This document shows, in pieces, positions 36,835-50,991 of a DNA stretch of 64,000 nt (the stretch's first letter is position 1; each line of letters starts with the position of its first letter). The position numbers were made by a program, and so were the translations under genes. The notes under the pieces are model-generated. The model was not told where the DNA came from, made no database searches, and saw nothing but the letters and a program-made list of their open reading frames with translations. Origin of the DNA: Enoplolaimus lenunculus. Taxonomy: Eukaryota. The stretch spans positions 248,001 through 312,000 of the forward strand of contig JASANG010003810.1 of the NCBI GenBank assembly GCA_030248215.1. The letters run 5' to 3'.

Positions 36835-37008
36835 GGGCCCATGTATAGAACAGGGTCGGAACAGTAATATAAGCATGTTCCTAAGCCTAAACCTAATCGT
36901 ATGGATGAGCCTATTCCTAAGCCTAAGCAGAAAAATTAGTCTAAAGCTTAAACTGACTCTATTATAGCCCCTCCGGAAAACGACCCGGCCCTGTTCTATA
37001 CATCGGCC
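36835..37008 (-). mobile_element. TTAGGC-carrying MITE, inverted relative to the 35028 copy
   Basis: GGGCCCATGTATAGAACAGGG...CCCTGTTCTATACATCGGCC with internal GCCTAA runs. Confidence 0.8.
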
Positions 37009-38068
37009 GGTTTTAGGTGCAAAAACAATATTCAACAATAAATAATACGAATGTTACACATACCCGCTTATTATTTCATTCATCAAGACTGTTTGTACTG
37101 CGGACACACTCATTTAAAACGTTGCACCCAGACTGAAATTTTGTAATTCAATCGTTAACAGGACTGCGACCATGAACAAATATTGAATTTTAAAAAGTTC
37201 CATTATTAAATTAGGAACTAATATTTTTTTCTACTCCAAGAAAATTTTCTGGCCTCAATATACCAAGGAGGAGAAAACAAAAATTACGATTCCGATTCAA
37301 ATGCAGTTCCGGTTCTGAATCTGATTCTACATTACGTATAATCGGAATTGTTCATCTTTTCTAACCTATATTAGTACAATCATTATGTGGGAAATTTGCA
37401 TGCATTCCAATTAAGTTTCAGAACAACCGGTGCATATGTATATCAGTTCTCATGGCGCATTTTTTGTACATTATGGCATGGAAATTAACACGAATAACAA
37501 GCCCTCTGAAACAGATAAAGCTTGGTATGTTAACAGTATCTATTCCAAAATTTCTGATTCCGATTCCAGTATACAAAATTTCCTGCTCCAATTCCGGTAT
37601 AACACAGTTCCGCTTTAAACCCTGGAAGATACCTCGCACATTCGAAAAGCAAAAACATTGATAGACAAGCTAACATTCAAATGACACCTCTGTGCCACAC
37701 ATTTGCCTAAAATGTACGCCTAATCTTCCCGGGGTGCAACATGCGGTGTTGTCCGCCCAGTCCAAACCACAAATCTAATCGTAAAACGAGACAAAAATTC
37801 ACAAACCTCCCGTCGCTAAAAACTCTCATGTGTTGCGTATAACATAATCGCCACATTCCATTCGACTAATACATCTTCTGTAATAACTTACGTATTCCAT
37901 GTCACAATAATTTTTACACGACGTCTGTCAGACAGTGTTCAAAAAATCTCGCGACCCAGACGTATCAGATTTCCACACGAACACCCAGCTCTGCAGTTGT
38001 TATGGGAATAGAATTAGCAGTAGTTGCAGCAGCAATATAGCAATACTATTACACGCCGGCACGACTGA

Positions 38069-41000
38069 CTAGGATTGTACTTCGCCTTCAGACGCATGCA
38101 GTCTTAATCGAGCAAAATCTTCAAAGACAATATCGTCATCAACGTCATCGCAATTGTTCACATCCAAACTGTAAAACAACATAAAAGTCATTGAAAAGAT
38201 AGTCATTTATACCAAAAAAAAACTAAGCTAATTCGTAACTTAATGAAAACCATCTGATTAGGATGGGTGTAACCAGACATCCGTTCGCGGTAAAAACCGA
38301 CGTCAGTTTCCGTTATAGAAATACTGCAAGTTGCGTCACTTTTACACTCATAATTAGTTGTAAATCACTTAAAAACATTCAATTATCCAGTATAGAAATT
38401 CTGCAATTGTTCGATTAGAAATAAAAACGACGAAATTAGTCGTAAATCTTCACAAATTTGCGCGTGTCCGCCATTTTTCTACAACATTTCAGAAATTCCT
38501 GTGAATACATGCATACCACAATAGATTGTACTGGCAGAGGAATAAAAATTCTTGGAAATATCCGTTTCCAATTGCAGAACGCTGATCACCATCCGTATCC
38601 CTTTCCGTTATTTGTTACGAACTGATTGTACCCTTCTTACAACGATACTCGAAACAAAAAAGGCTAGTTTCAAACCCATCGGTATTGAAAAATACAAACA
38701 GCCGTTAAGTACTCAAATTACCTTGTGTCCAATTGTATGAGATCAGTATCAAGTGCAGTATCATCGGCGTTAGGGTTTGCCGTATTGCCAGATTTGCTTT
38801 GACCATTAGCCGCCGAATCTTGCGTACCACCCGTGCCCCCGGTACGATGAGCTCTACTCGATGGCGGTGGTGAATCCGGTGGTTTCGGATGTGACAACGT
38901 GAAAGGGAGTTCTGCAGTGAGCTCGCTGAAATAAACGTGTATGGCCGTAAGTACGCTTACCAAAGCGCATGCAACGCTCAAAACGCTAACAAATTTCAAT
39001 TCTGACCCGATTTAATTTTCTGTCTTACACCATGATTAGAAGAATATAATAAATTCTGCTCGCTGAAAAAGAAATTATGGCGTGTGAAATATGTTGGATA
39101 AGCTTGTCGGGAGTAATTCAAGTGCAATTCGGGATTACGATTACATATAATTTTAATAAACTACCGCTTAACTATTGTAACTACCGCTTAACTATTGTAA
39201 CAAGACACTAATCGAAGAAAACCCCTTTTCAATATAATCGAGTTACTGTTTTTTCATTTTTTAAGATTAAATAACCCTAACACCTCTTATGACTTGAGCT
39301 CTCAAACGACTTTCATAATTTAGCCATTCACAAGATTTGAACACAACAGCAATAAAATATTAATCAAAAATTTCAAATTAATTTTTAACGTATTCCGAGT
39401 AATTTCGAAAAAACCAAATCCAAAATTCTGTATTTCTCGCTGATTTTGATCAGAAAACACAAAAAATACCTTAGAGTATTTGGTTCATATCGCACTATAA
39501 TGTGAATGATTCGATGAATGCTTTACAAGAAACTGTAGGAAAACTTCACATCGTCGTACAACCAATAAGAAAACAACTTACCCAGCCAGGGCACCAGAAA
39601 TCGTTAACTTTGTACGTACTTTATAGCTGACAATAATACCGAGCGATTCTTTTTGGATCGGATCTTTCATTCTAAAATCAATACGAACAAAAATATACAT
39701 TAAAATTTCAACACAATTCTGCTACAAATGAATATTAAATATTTCACACTTTCCGCAAAGGAAACTCACCACAAGCTCTGGTCAGTCCGTAACCTCACTC
39801 TAACAAGCCATTCATTCTAAGTTACTACAGTACTATAAAGTTCCATTCAAGAAAACTATAGTTCGCTAGGTATCCAAGTGATTGCTTACATTGTTGACGA
39901 CGCTAAATTTGTATCTTCATGCTTCAATTTGCCATCCAACGCAAGTCCACGTTTTTCACGATTGTTCTGCAGTAACGGACACATCGTATAAACCTTTGAC
40001 AGTGTACCGCCAGGTGCTACCGGAAATCCTTCTCTAAAAAAGTAAATCAAACTCTTTAAAAAATAAATTCAAAAAGGCAGTTAAGCATCGATTAATGAAA
40101 ATCGTGCGACTAAGTGGTATACTCGAGTTCCAAAGCTCTTCTAAAACATGCGTAAACTAATTTTGGCGACAAAGTCTGAAACTGGGCTAATTTTAAAACT
40201 AGCAGTGAACAATAATATCAGACTCTATTTCCCGAGAGCAAACGAAACCAAAGCACAACCAAACTTACGTGCTCTCAAATTTGGCAACTTCGCACGTGTA
40301 GCTCGCGGTAGTAAACAGGCAGATATCAGCGATTTGTACAACTAAAACATTTAAAACATATATCAGTAAGTCGAAATATGTAGTATTCCAGTCATTTAAC
40401 ACAAATATTTTTTTCTGTGGGACTAGGTAAGAGTAGGCTTAAGCTTTACACTAATTTTTTGCTTGGCTTAGGCTTAGGCTTAGGAATAGGAATAAGCTTA
40501 TTCTTATTCTTACGCTTAGGCTTAGGAATATACTTATAATACTCTTCCGCCCCTGTTATTTACATTGGCCGACATTTTCAGCTGCCTTTGGCTGTTTTAT
40601 TTGAACCGCTATATCGCTAACTGGTGCTCAGTGCTACACACATTTGAAAATATGATCCATTATCGTTAGCCAGTAAACCTCACAATAAAAAACCAATATA
40701 CCTGCAACTCGTATTTTTTTCACACTTTTATTGCTATTATTCTGTATATGAATGTTGACGCATATTGATTCGCCGTGATAATACATCTGAAACAGACAAA
40801 AAATAACATTTTGAAGCCACTCAAAATCATTATGTGACTACCAAGAGCACAATATTAATCAACTTAGTATTTATCTACTTTAAAATCCTACCAAACTCCA
40901 CTAACCAGCGACCAAAAACTAACAAATTCACAATAGAATACTTCAAAACTGTTAACATGATAGCAATAATACATTAAATTTAAAAATCAATTAAACATGT

Positions 41001-44000
41001 ACAAATAGTACGTAGATATTGTATGTGTTCTACCATGATAGGACAGGTTGACATGACATAATGCATGCTGCAATTAGAGTCGTTAGAACTCTCTTTAAGG
41101 GGAGAAGAACACCTCCCTGTTATTCTCCGTTTAGCGTTCGAAAACAGATCCCTTCACAGCTCGAATCTCCAGATCAAAGACTTCAAAGCTCGAATCTCCA
41201 GATCAGAGACTTCAAAGCTCGGATCTCCAGATCAGAGACTTCAAAGCTCGATCTCCAGAGCAGATACGTCAAAACTATGATCTCAAGATCAGAGATTTCA
41301 AAGCTCGGATCTCCAAATCAGAGACTTCAACGCTCGGATCTCCAAATCAAAGACTTCAAAGCTCGGATCTCCAGATTAGAAACTTCAAAGCTCGGATCTC
41401 CAGATCAGAGACTTCAACGCTCGGATCTCCAGATCAGAGACTTCAACGCTCGGATCTCCAGATCAGAGACTTCAACGCTCGGATCTCCAGATCATAGACT
41501 TCAAAGCTCGGATCTCCAGATCAAAGAGTTCAAAGCTCGGATCTCCATATCAGAGACTTCAAAGCTCGGATCTCCAGATCAGAGACTTCAACGCTCGGAT
41601 CTCCAGATCAGAGACTTCAACGCTCGGATCTCCAGATCAGAGACTTCAACGCTCGGATCTCCAGATCAGAGACTTCAACGCTCGGATCTCCAGATCAGAG
41701 ACTTCAACGCTCGGATCTCCAGATCAGAGACTTCAAAGCTCGGATCTCCAGATCAAAGACTTCAAAGCTCGGATCTCCAGATCAGAGACTTCAACGCTCG
41801 GATCTCCAGATCAGAGACTTCAACGCTCGGATCTCCATATCAGAGACTTCAACGCTCGGATCTCCAGATCAGAGACTTCAACGCTCGGATCTCCAGATCA
41901 GAGACTTCAACGCTCGGATCTCCAGATCAGAGACTTCAACGCTCGGATCTCCAGATCAGAGACTTCAACGCTCGGATCTTCAGAACAGAGACTTCAACGC
42001 TCGGATCTCCAGATCAAAGACTTCGATGTGTTCTCAGAAAAAAATGATCCCTAAGCCCAACCCAAGATTCTTACGACCTTGTTGAGATCATAACACAATT
42101 AACCTGCACTATGAAATTTTCATAGAACGTTATTCGATTTCCAAAATCATAATTACACCCCCTTTGGTTACGCCCTCTTTGGTTACACCCCCTCTTCGAG
42201 TCGTACAAAAATAAAATTGAAACCAACCTCTTTATCGAGCGACACTTCCATATGCAAAAGGCCCGGGCACATCATAAACTCCTTTGAAACTTCAACTGAT
42301 GGTTGCGGTTTGCGACTGTCACTTGATGCGTATGTCAATTTGCGCAGTGCCAAACGTACACAGCCCCTGAAACAACAACAACAACATAATTCACTTTAAT
42401 TCAAGAACGGAGGGCAACGAAGCGCAAACAACGATAAACGTTTTTTGCATCCACATATTGGTCTTTGATATCAACGTATTCGTGCGCATAATATTTCACG
42501 GATATGGACACAAACTATTGAAGGAATGTGAACACTTATGCCACATGACCACCGAACTGTGTCTCAGCCGCAATTTCTCTATAATTTCGGTCGATACTTG
42601 TTGCGGTATTCAAGTTCTGAAATAGCAACACAATATACATACTTGCCGCTTGTCAGGGTTGTCTGAGATCACGGCTGGGATACGTCCACAAGTCATATGT
42701 CTCAGTTACATAGTTTTTTACTCACACCCTTAACATAATATGTTAAGTGTGTGAGGAAAAAAACTATGTAACTTACCGGAATCGGAACAGCAAATTTATG
42801 CCGGAATCGGAATCGGAACTACAAAGTTTATGACTGTACGGATAATTTGCATTAACAAGTACAATATTGATTTATGGTGTCTGTTGGTCGGCAATAATTA
42901 TCAAAAACGTCGCATGAACAAATTGGCAATCATTTTTTGACTCTGTAAAACTAAACTACAATCAATTATTGATAAGTTAACTCATCGAAAACAATTTAAT
43001 AGACAAATGATGCAGAATTTTTATACAACATATCACAGCAAGTAGGGCTAAAATTAAAATGTGGAAATTCCGATTCCGATTGATTGTGCAATCGGAATCG
43101 GAACTCGTTTTGCATCGGAATTCCGATTGCACCTTGTATATTACATATTAAAAATATACTGCAACAATGACCAGCCCGCTCGAATACATCTCAAATCGTT
43201 GCCTTCCTCATTTTTCAAGACCCTTGACTCAAATAATTTAGCTGAGTCAAATAATTTATCTGAGTCAAATAATTTAGCATTTCAGCTAATGATAATAAGT
43301 AGTATAACATGACAATTACAATAACTTTAAACCTCCAGTTTTTACGCAATCCGTTGAACCCGCCCCTGATTCATAATAAAAAATTCAATGTCTACATATT
43401 TCAAAATAACTCATCACCGCTCAAACTTTTGCAACAAACTGTATTAACGTTGTCTTAGCTGCGTCATACATACTACTTTTTTTAAATGCGTCTAATACGC
43501 GTTCACTACCAAACTACCAATAATGGTACGCCTACACAACACATCATCAATCCATATACGTAACTGTGAGCCTGTTTAAAATAATTTATTTCCATCAATG
43601 CTTGCTTGTAAACTGAAAAATCCATTCTATTACATTATGAACAACGACTTGTTTTACATATCCGAATGCAGCTAAACCAAGGATGCAACCGGATATTACA
43701 ATTCACCCGAACCGGAAAGTGAAACAATGTCGCAACCGGAACCGGAATTCCGGTTGCATCCTGATCGAAACCTATTTTTTAGCTTACACGCTGACTATGA
43801 TTTATCCAGATAGAAACGGGCTAAAAATGTTTTCCGTTCTCAACCCAACCTTACAATTTCACAAGCAAGCTTGCCTTGGCTTTGACAAAATATATTATTT
43901 TTTTGTTCAAAAGTTGACAATGTTACAAATATATACATTATTATAATAATACGTACGTGTACCTACCAGGGATGAGCCGTCTCGGTCAAAGACACGAGAC

Positions 44001-47000
44001 CAAGTCTGAAACCGAGTCTGACACCGAGTTTCATCCTACCGAAACCGAAACTTTTAGTCTCGATCTCGGTCAATTTTTAATCGTTACCAAAAAGAAAAAG
44101 ATTTTTTCTAACCAAAGTTTTGAATATTTTTATCTGCTCATCGCTTTTTCATCCCTTTGGTATCGATTTGCAAGCCACCGAGACTACTCCGAAAAAGCGA
44201 GTCCGAGAAAACACATCGCTGAATATTGTCCGATTCGGCTGTTTCACAACCGAATCCGAACCAGAAATTTTTACTGAAACCGAATCCGAAGCTTTGTTTG
44301 CAACCCTGATTTGAATCACTTTTGTTCTCAAATTACAACGACTTCACCAAGAGCCTGTGTAGGGGTTACCGATCAAACGCCATTTTAAATTCTTTCTGAC
44401 TCGTTTGTAGACTCTTTTTCAGCTGGTGACACAAGAACTCCCCCCTTCATAATTTAAACAAAATGTAACACCCCTTTACTAACTTCTCGCTACACCCCTG
44501 ATCAACCTAATACGTATATATGAACCATGGTCACTAGCCATACCTAAACCTCAAACTATACATAAATAATACTTTATATATATAAAGCTTAAATTTCTAC
44601 AAACACATATCTAAACATAATATTTAAATATGTGTAAGCTTAGAACAAAGTCTGCCCAAATCTAGCATATCGTACGTACCATATTTCTAACCCACCGACA
44701 CTACCAATAAACCGTTGCGACCTTCACCTTTATCAAATTCATCGCCCTAAAACCCAGTAGCAGTTCAAGAAACCCAAGATATACATATACATATACATAT
44801 ATATAGTAAATATATATGTAATATATTATATATGTAGTATATTATATATACTATAAACAAGACATTTCATCTACTTTATCATATCTATCGGTCCTGTGTG
44901 CCAACAACATTTGCCCAATACGTATATATTACGGTTCATTTTCAGAGCCAACAACCTGGTTGAACATATGGTGACGCCACAAGCCTATCTAACGTATCAC
45001 TGTCAGAGCTTCAACAGCTGTCTAAAAGCAATCGCTATACCGCCCGACCATTTAAACCAACGATTACGCTCTGTGTACGTTAGTATCGACCCCTTCACAG
45101 ATAACATAAACTGACGCCAATTTCAAAAGTTTCACGATATTTTCCGCCCATCCTTGGGGGTACAACCCAAATATCACTTTTACAATCGATGTATGTAACC
45201 GTGTTGTCCAAGTTAAGATGCCGTCTATACGCAACATCACATCTATGTCGCAGTATTTAGAGCGCTTTTAGCCAATTTTTTCAAACAGCTAAATAGGCTT
45301 ATTAACGCTCCTGATCAATCCTTACTTTGACTTCAGATAAACACTACTGATTTACTCGACTTAGCTTACAATGTGTACGCTTGACAAATTGATTCTTACT
45401 AGGACAAAACGTGGTTCGAATATTGGCAACCCTATTTGTTCTCATATTTATTAGGCTAGCATCAGTTTACTTTCTGTGCCTTAAACGTCTCGCATCTGCC
45501 ATCAATATATACGTATGTCGTAGCCCAACCCATAATTCAGCCCAAATTCCGCATTCGGCTAGTCCAGCGCGGAATTACAACCCGGGCTAGCCCACGGCGT
45601 AATTGATTCTCGGCTACAAATGCACGCCTTGTGATTGGTTACTACCTTAATGCCGTAGTCAAATACAATTAGCTGGTACGAATACTTTTTTCTGATTGGC
45701 TAAGTAATCGTTAAGTATGAGTTGTTTACCAAAAAAAGTTAGTTTATTTTACTAAGCTAATTTGCCACTATCACGTAACCAATCAGAAAGGAAAACCTTA
45801 AATCAGACATGGTTCCGCCTTGGGCTAGCCCGCGTCGTAATTCCGCTTTGGACTAGCCCAATTCGGAATTGGGCTCAATTACGACTTGGGCTACGACATA
45901 TGTCCGTCCGTAGTTACGTAAATCACTTTGCATATACCTATATTTCACCAATAATTGTGCCGATTAATCGGCATCGGTAATAATCGGCAGTTTTCGTGAG
46001 TATCGGCATCGGCACTGCAAAAAAAAATGCCGATTCTTTGCGAGATACTTTTTGCACATAACAGTCAGTTTGAATGCTATGAATATCATTTCTGCGCGCA
46101 TATCACTGTGTCCGGTCAGGAAAACTGATATCTTTCTTGCGTTTGTGTGAAAAAATATTAATTGAAATGAACCGTTCGTCTAAAATTATAATCGTTTAGG
46201 ACGGTTAGGGCAAAATTTCAAAATGACAATCGGCATTGGTATCGGCATCGGCAAAAATTTTGGTATCGGCACATTCCTTATATATTGTCGAGTTACAATT
46301 TTAACCTGCAAATCTTCACGGTCCAATCACGCATCCAGTCAGCCACAACGCTCCAACATCACCTAAACACTACAATTGACTCAAAGCGGACACCACTGTT
46401 TTCCCTGTGACCTCTCCTTACCGATGCACTTCTTTATTGGGCGACTACCACCAATAAACCAAACGACATACACGTTTATATGATTAGCCTGTTTTTTTCC
46501 AGCCAATGCCAACCTTTCAAACCGGTTAATATGAACTCAATCTCGTAGACCAGCGAAAACCCGTCTTCATCTACTGCTCAGTTAATAAATAAATAAATAA
46601 ATAAATAAAACCATACATACGTCAGCGGCTTCAATTGCATTAAATCGTCAAAAAACAACAAAATAACAAAACAACAAAAATATATTATGACATACATACC
46701 TGGTGTATATATCTTTCATACCTTCATAAAATTATATATACGTATCAGGGTGCAACCGGAATTACAATTTACCGGAACCGGAATTTGAAAATTTTACAGG
46801 AACCGGAACGGGAAAGTGAAAAGTGCATTTCACCAAAAATTTCATTTTAATCGTATTTTTTGCTCTATTATTTGTGAAACAACCTTAGTCGAACATAGGT
46901 ATTAATTTTATTTGTTGTATTTTAGATTTTGGTCGTAGACTGAAGTGAAATCCACCATCAACGGCTTATACTCGGAGTACAAGTGGCTTTCAAAAGAGAT

Positions 47001-50000
47001 TCTTAAAAATTAGCAAAGTTAAGAAAACGGCCAAACTATAACACAGGAATTTTTTAAATCCGGTAAAAATTTACCGGAACCGGAACCGGGAGGTGAAAAA
47101 ATGCCGGAACCGGAATTCCGGTTGCACCCTGATACGTATGTATATAAGCAATCTACGATAATTCATCGGCCGACAACCTGTCGTCCAACAGTGTCCTAAA
47201 GCCTATGAATAAACATAAACATTATCCTGCGTCTAAGACTACGCGCCTAAACATAAATGATGGGTAACCAATTGTCGAGTCAACGGAATTTGCGATTACT
47301 CGTTGTCGGGCACCGACGAATTGTCGTCATTTAAATAGAAAAACTCATTCTGGATGCAAATTTCTACTGGAAGTTAAGTTGGAACAGCTTGCTCTTGTCA
47401 TTACGTAAGCGTTTCGTATTCGACGTATATAATCGCGGTACGTACCCTATTGAAAATGCCAAAATCCTTAAACAAATGCTGTAGCTGAGCTGGGAAAAGT
47501 ACATATGATAAATTATAGAGTATGACACAAATTGAAAATTTTGACAGTACACGCTCAGACAATTTTAGAACAATAAGTTAATATGTCAATTTTTCTTAAA
47601 TTTTCGAATGAACAATATTTTCAATACCGAAAATATCGGAAAATTCTGGTGAAAAAAGCCGGATTCATTACCGAAACCCGATAGTATAAAATACCGGTGA
47701 AATAACCTTAGTTGAATATACGTATTTACTTAATCTGATGTATTTTAGATTTTCATAATCCACAAAACGCAATCTACCTTCTATGGTTTATTTTCGGTAA
47801 TTGTCAAGGTTTATATTCAGGGTGCAACCGGAATTACAATTTAAAGGAACCGGAACCGGAATTTGAAAATTTTACCCGAACCGGAACCGGAAAGTGAAAA
47901 ATGCATTTCACCAAAAATTTCATTTTAATCTTATTTTTTGCTCTATTATTTGTGAAATAACCTTAGTCGAACATAGATAGGTACGTATTTATTTTATTTG
48001 TTGTATTTTAGATTTTTATCATCGACTGAAGTGAAATCCACCATCAATGGCTTATATCCGGAGTACAAGTGGCTTTCAAAACAGATTCTTAAAAATTAGC
48101 AAAGTTAAGAAAACGGCCAAATTATAACACCGGAATTTTTAAAATGCCGTAACCGGAATTCCGGTTGCACCCTGGTACTATACTAATGAAATCTACTTAA
48201 TTTTTATCATTTTTTAGTAAAACGTTTAATTTTCACCGACTAAAATATACTACCGCAGTTTTTAATTTCGATAAAAATTTACCGGCGCCGGAAGAGGAAA
48301 AACCCCCGCAACCGGGATTCCGGTTACACCCTCAGATATATGTATGTATAAAAATATATATGTGTGTGTGCATTGTAGGTTTTACCAATTATACCCGTTC
48401 CCTTATAATACAGATCCTTTAGTAACCCCAACAATACATATATGTTAATAATTACAGCTCTGCCTTAAAAATCCAACCAGAGTTCGGCTTGTGTTCTAAT
48501 TAGCCCAACTTACAAACATTTACACAAACAACATTAATATTTCCGGCTATAGACGCAACAAAAATCCGTAATATCCGCTTGCAATAGCTGACGATCGAAT
48601 AAAAACTCTGTTGCATATTCAAGGAAATTAAACGCCATATTATTTCCGGTTACATCGCTCGTTATAAACACCGAGAATAACTATCAAAAAATAATCATAC
48701 ACAACGACGGCTGTAAGGAGGAGACGAGGAAATATCCCGTCTAAAATTGCAACAATGAAATTAAAAAAAATAACCGCTAATACCGCAGAATGGCCAAAAT
48801 ACCGGCTGAACTTAAGCATACGCTCAGAATAGCAACAAAAAAATATGAAAACAACAAAGACGTCGCGACCGGAAACGGATATTAGTGAAAAATAACTGTT
48901 ATTAAAAATTCAATTTTTAGCACAATTTCACTTTAAATATTGCCACCATATTACGGCCTTTTCATTAGCGCCGGCGTTAGGATATTCGGCCGTTCCAAAC
49001 AGGTCCAAGGGCCAAGAGACCTTCAATTAACTGTTTCACAGCTCAGTAACTTCGTGGTCTGCGAAAAAAAAATCAGTTTGTTATGATGGGCCCCTCAAGA
49101 CCAAGGGTCGACCCCCACTTGGGAGATTCTGGGGGCGCGATTACGCCGGCACTCCTTTTCATCGTTCACAATAAAATTTAAAACACAATACTTTTTGATA
49201 CGTATTTAAATTTAACTGCAAAAACTGTTATTATATAAAAAAAGCATCTGTCTCACCATTGACATGTTTAACTAAATAAAATTCTTCAAAACAAAGTATT
49301 AACAAACTTAAACGTTGCCTTTTCAGACACTAAACTAATAGCTATGTAAATACCGGAACAAACAAAATAAAGCGAAAAATACCACCATATTTTAAAGCGA
49401 AGCCGACTTGCTAAGATACCGGATTTTCATTCCCGAATTCCGATTGCAATATTACAACAGCATCACGTTCCCATGTTTTGACCAGTGACCAGACACACGC
49501 CACTCCGGAATTTCTGATATCCAGCACCGCAGTTAACTACATGCATACATAAATACATATTATTCATACAGTATTTACACACATCTATATATCTATATAT
49601 ATCTATATATCTATCTATCTATATATAACAAGGGTGCAACCGGAATTCCGGTTCCGGCATTTTTTCACCTTAAGGTTCTGGTTCCGGTAATATTTTACCG
49701 GATTTAAAAATTCCCGTGTTATAATTTGGCCGTTTTCTTATCTTTGCTAATTTTTACAAATCTCTTTTGAAAGCCACTTGTACTCCGAATATATATAAGC
49801 CATTGATGGTGGATTTCACTTCAGTCGATGATGAAAATCTAAAATACAACAAATAAAATAAATACCTATGTTCGACTAAGGTTATTTCACAAATAATAGA
49901 GCAAAAAATAAGATTAAAATGAAATTTTTGGTGAAATGCATTTTTCACTTTCCGGTTCCGGTAAAATTTTTAAATTCCGGTTCCGGTAAATTGTAATTCC

Positions 50001-50949
50001 CGTTGTACCCTGATCCAGATATATATACATATATATACGTATATATATATCAGGCTGCAACCGGAATTCCGGTTCCGGTTGCGGCATTTTTTCACATTCC
50101 GGTTCCGGTAAATTTTTACTGGATTTAAAAATTTTGGTGTTATAATTTGGCCGTTTTCTTAACTTTGCTAATTTTTAAGAATCTGTTTTGAAAGCCACTT
50201 GTACTCCGAATATAAGCCATTGATGGTGGATTTCACTTCAGTCGACGACGAAAATCTAAAATACAACAAATAAAATAAATACCTATGTTCGACTAAGGTT
50301 GTTTCACAAATAATAGAGCAATAAAATAAGATTAAAATGAAATTTTTGGTGAAATGCATTTTTCACTTTCCGGTTCCGGTAATATTTTCAAATTCCGGTT
50401 CCGGTAAATTGTAATTCCGGTTGCACCCTGATCCAGAGATATATACGTATATAAATATGTATATATTATATATATATATAACATATACATTACACGTAAA
50501 AATTCACAAATTTCCCTCAAACACCGACCCTGACTCAAAAACAACACGCACCAAAAACGAAACACTTCACTAAACCAAATACATACGCACTTTACATAAT
50601 CGCGCAACACAGCGATAACCAGAAACAACAAACAGACAAACCGAACAAACAATATATACTTACGTACGTATACAGCAAAACACAACTCTATGAACCCGAC
50701 AACGAAACCTTTAATCAGAATAGTCAATTTTCTTCAACCTTCACAACAATCTGATCACTACTCTAAACTACACAGTCGAGACCTAATTATCAATCTATGC
50801 AGCGTTACAAACGCCTAAAAGCTGAACAACCATCTCAGCGGCGGCGGCAATCAGCAGCCATAACAAAATCTCAAACACACTCACCTGCGGTTGACAGCAA
50901 AACCGTTTGCGATACGCTCTTTCTTGCATAAATGCTTCACATACAGTTG

Positions 50950-50991
<42 letters not shown>

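Noticed and set aside
32099..42024. CRISPR-like arrays
   Set aside because: Both tandem arrays in this span lack unique spacers, and the context is eukaryotic.
41061..42047. 328-aa ORF as a real CDS
   Set aside because: Explained by the stop-free 29-bp repeat, antisense within an intron, no domain features.
42476..42617. Possible extra arrestin exon after a TTTCAG
   Set aside because: Immediate stop in the required phase; the protein is complete without it.
48775..48822. rRNA-like words (GCTAATACCGCA; ACCGGCTGAACTTAAGCATA resembling the 28S 5' end)
   Set aside because: Only 12-20 nt with no flanking rRNA similarity; likely chance.
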